DNA from: Vibrio vulnificus CMCP6
GTDB lineage: Bacteria > Pseudomonadota > Gammaproteobacteria > Enterobacterales > Vibrionaceae
NCBI RefSeq assembly: GCF_000039765.1
Contig: NC_004459.3
Location: forward strand, 120,001 to 152,000
Direction: 5' to 3'
DNA length: 32,000 bases
In this document: positions 30,973-32,000 of the stretch, one piece after another
How the letters are laid out: the number at the start of each line of letters is the position of its first letter
Numbering within the stretch: position 1 is the stretch's first letter
Translations under genes and position numbers: made by a program
Notes under the pieces: model-generated
Database searches by the model: none
What the model saw: the letters and a program-made list of their open reading frames with translations, nothing else
What the model was told of the DNA's origin: nothing

Positions 30973-31358
30973 ACCAAAATCCCCGCCAATAGTGATAAGA
31001 CAGCGGTGGCAGCAAATGCAACTTTGGCACTCATTGCGCCAGACTCAAGCTCTTCAAAATGGCCTAAGTCCATCATCAGGTGACGAATACCACCAGCGAT
31101 GTGGTATGCCAACGCAGTTAAAATGCCCCATAGAATAAACTTCACAAAGAAGCTATCGACGATGTCGCTTGCTTCCATAAAGCCTACTGGGGATGACAGA
31201 GAAATGGATAGTAACCAAAGCAAAATTCCCACCGCAACAAACGTAATCACACCTGACACACGGTGCAGGATGGACGCGATTGCTGTGATAGGAAAGCGAA
31301 TGGTCTGTAAATCTAAATTAACAGGTCTTGACTTTCTTTCTTTCACGGGCTTGCTCAC
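30966..31358 (-). CDS. sdhC: Succinate dehydrogenase cytochrome b556 subunit
   Basis: 'RPVNLDLQTIRFPITAIASILHRVSGVITF' and 'HHIAGGIRH'-type heme region 'AYHIAGGIRHLMMDLG'; GTG start. Confidence 0.95.
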   Translation of the reverse strand: MSKPVKERKSRPVNLDLQTIRFPITAIASILHRVSGVITFVAVGILLWLLSISLSSPVGFMEASDIVDSFFVKFILWGILTALAYHIAGGIRHLMMDLGHFEELESGAMSAKVAFAATAVLSLLAGILVW

Positions 31359-31417
31359 TCAGCTCCATTGAGCATTTATTGTTATGAACGAATTTTGGCT
31401 CCCAACCCCACAAAAGT

Positions 31418-31432
31418 TAACATTTAATTAAC
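31418..31432 (-). promoter_or_regulatory. ArcA-box-like site upstream of sdhC
   Basis: Plus-strand TAACATTTAATTAAC; reverse complement GTTAATTAAATGTTA is identical to the commonly cited E. coli ArcA-P consensus. Confidence 0.6.
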
Positions 31433-31672
31433 AACATTCCGGCAAATGATTCCATTAAATTGTAAAAAACTTGTTAACAAAAAAGCTAAAAGAAACACCT
31501 CACAATTGTTTCTAGCCCCGAATTTATAAGGAGTTAACCAAAAATTTCTGCGCCACTATACGGCTGGCAACATTCTAATACAATTGATGTAACAAATTAT
31601 GCTACACAGAACAGATTTTTAACGATTTTAATGCAAAAAATAATAACAAGTGCACACAAAAAGGGAGAAGAA

Positions 31673-31701
31673 TTGACTTTAATCTTTAACACCAGTACAA
31701 A
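31673..31701 (+). promoter_or_regulatory. Candidate sigma-70 promoter for gltA
   Basis: TTGACT - 17 nt - TACAAA upstream of gltA. Confidence 0.4.
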
Positions 31702-31753
31702 AAAGGCACATAAACATCCTGGACGGATTAAATAATAAACAAAGGAGATTGTT

Positions 31754-32000
31754 ATGGCGGATAAGAAAGCGACCCTTCATGTTGAAGGTAAAGCGCCGAT
31801 CGAATTGCCAATTATGGAAGGTTCTTTGGGAACGCCTGTAATTGATGTTCGTAAGCTAGGAGCGAACGGCTACTTCACTTTCGACCCGGGTTTTCTTGCC
31901 ACTGCATCTTGTGAATCGCAAATAACATACATCGACGGCGGAAAAGGCATCCTGCTTCACCGTGGATACCCTATTGATCAGCTTGCAAACAACGCTGATT
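31754..32000 (+). CDS. gltA: Citrate synthase (partial, runs off window end)
   Basis: Translated by hand: [82 protein letters not shown]; GGAG ribosome-binding site upstream. Confidence 0.95.
   Translation, partial: MADKKATLHVEGKAPIELPIMEGSLGTPVIDVRKLGANGYFTFDPGFLATASCESQITYIDGGKGILLHRGYPIDQLANNAD

Noticed and set aside
31460-31600. CRP site around TGTAACAAATTATGCTACA and nearby sequences upstream of gltA
   Set aside because: Half-site spacing does not fit the 16-bp TGTGA-N6-TCACA core.
1-32000. CRISPR arrays, transposases, integrases, toxin-antitoxin or phage-defence cassettes
   Set aside because: No spaced direct repeats, no recognisable mobile or defence proteins; gene order is typical conserved housekeeping content.

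Overview
This is a chromosomal core-genome window from a Vibrio-like gammaproteobacterium (genus inferred from protein character and gene order; no database search was possible). Gene content, left to right: rnd(-), fadD(-), alpha/beta hydrolase(-), Slp-family lipoprotein(-), conserved small ORF(-), tsaB(-), yoaA/DinG-type helicase(-), small ORF(-), purU(+), YecM/VOC-like(-), argS(+), HIT-family(+), feoC-feoB-feoA(-), a 1150-aa propeller/Y_Y_Y/TM/pseudokinase/AraC fusion regulator(-), znuA(-) divergent from znuC-znuB(+), sucD-sucC-sucB-sucA(-), sdhB-sdhA-sdhD-sdhC(-), and the start of gltA(+). I saw no CRISPR, transposase, phage, tRNA or rRNA. The most interesting items are: (1) the single-chain membrane sensor/AraC regulator, which has no receiver domain and whose histidine-kinase core has lost the phosphoacceptor His and the ATP-binding motifs; (2) a 120-bp array of four hairpins ending in a T-tract, between feoA and that regulator, which looks like a small RNA gene; (3) a terminator-like hairpin 26 nt upstream of argS; (4) a 5x heptamer tandem repeat directly after the argS stop. 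Zur-, ArcA- and Fur-like sites are also visible. Most antisense ORFs in the supplied track look spurious.
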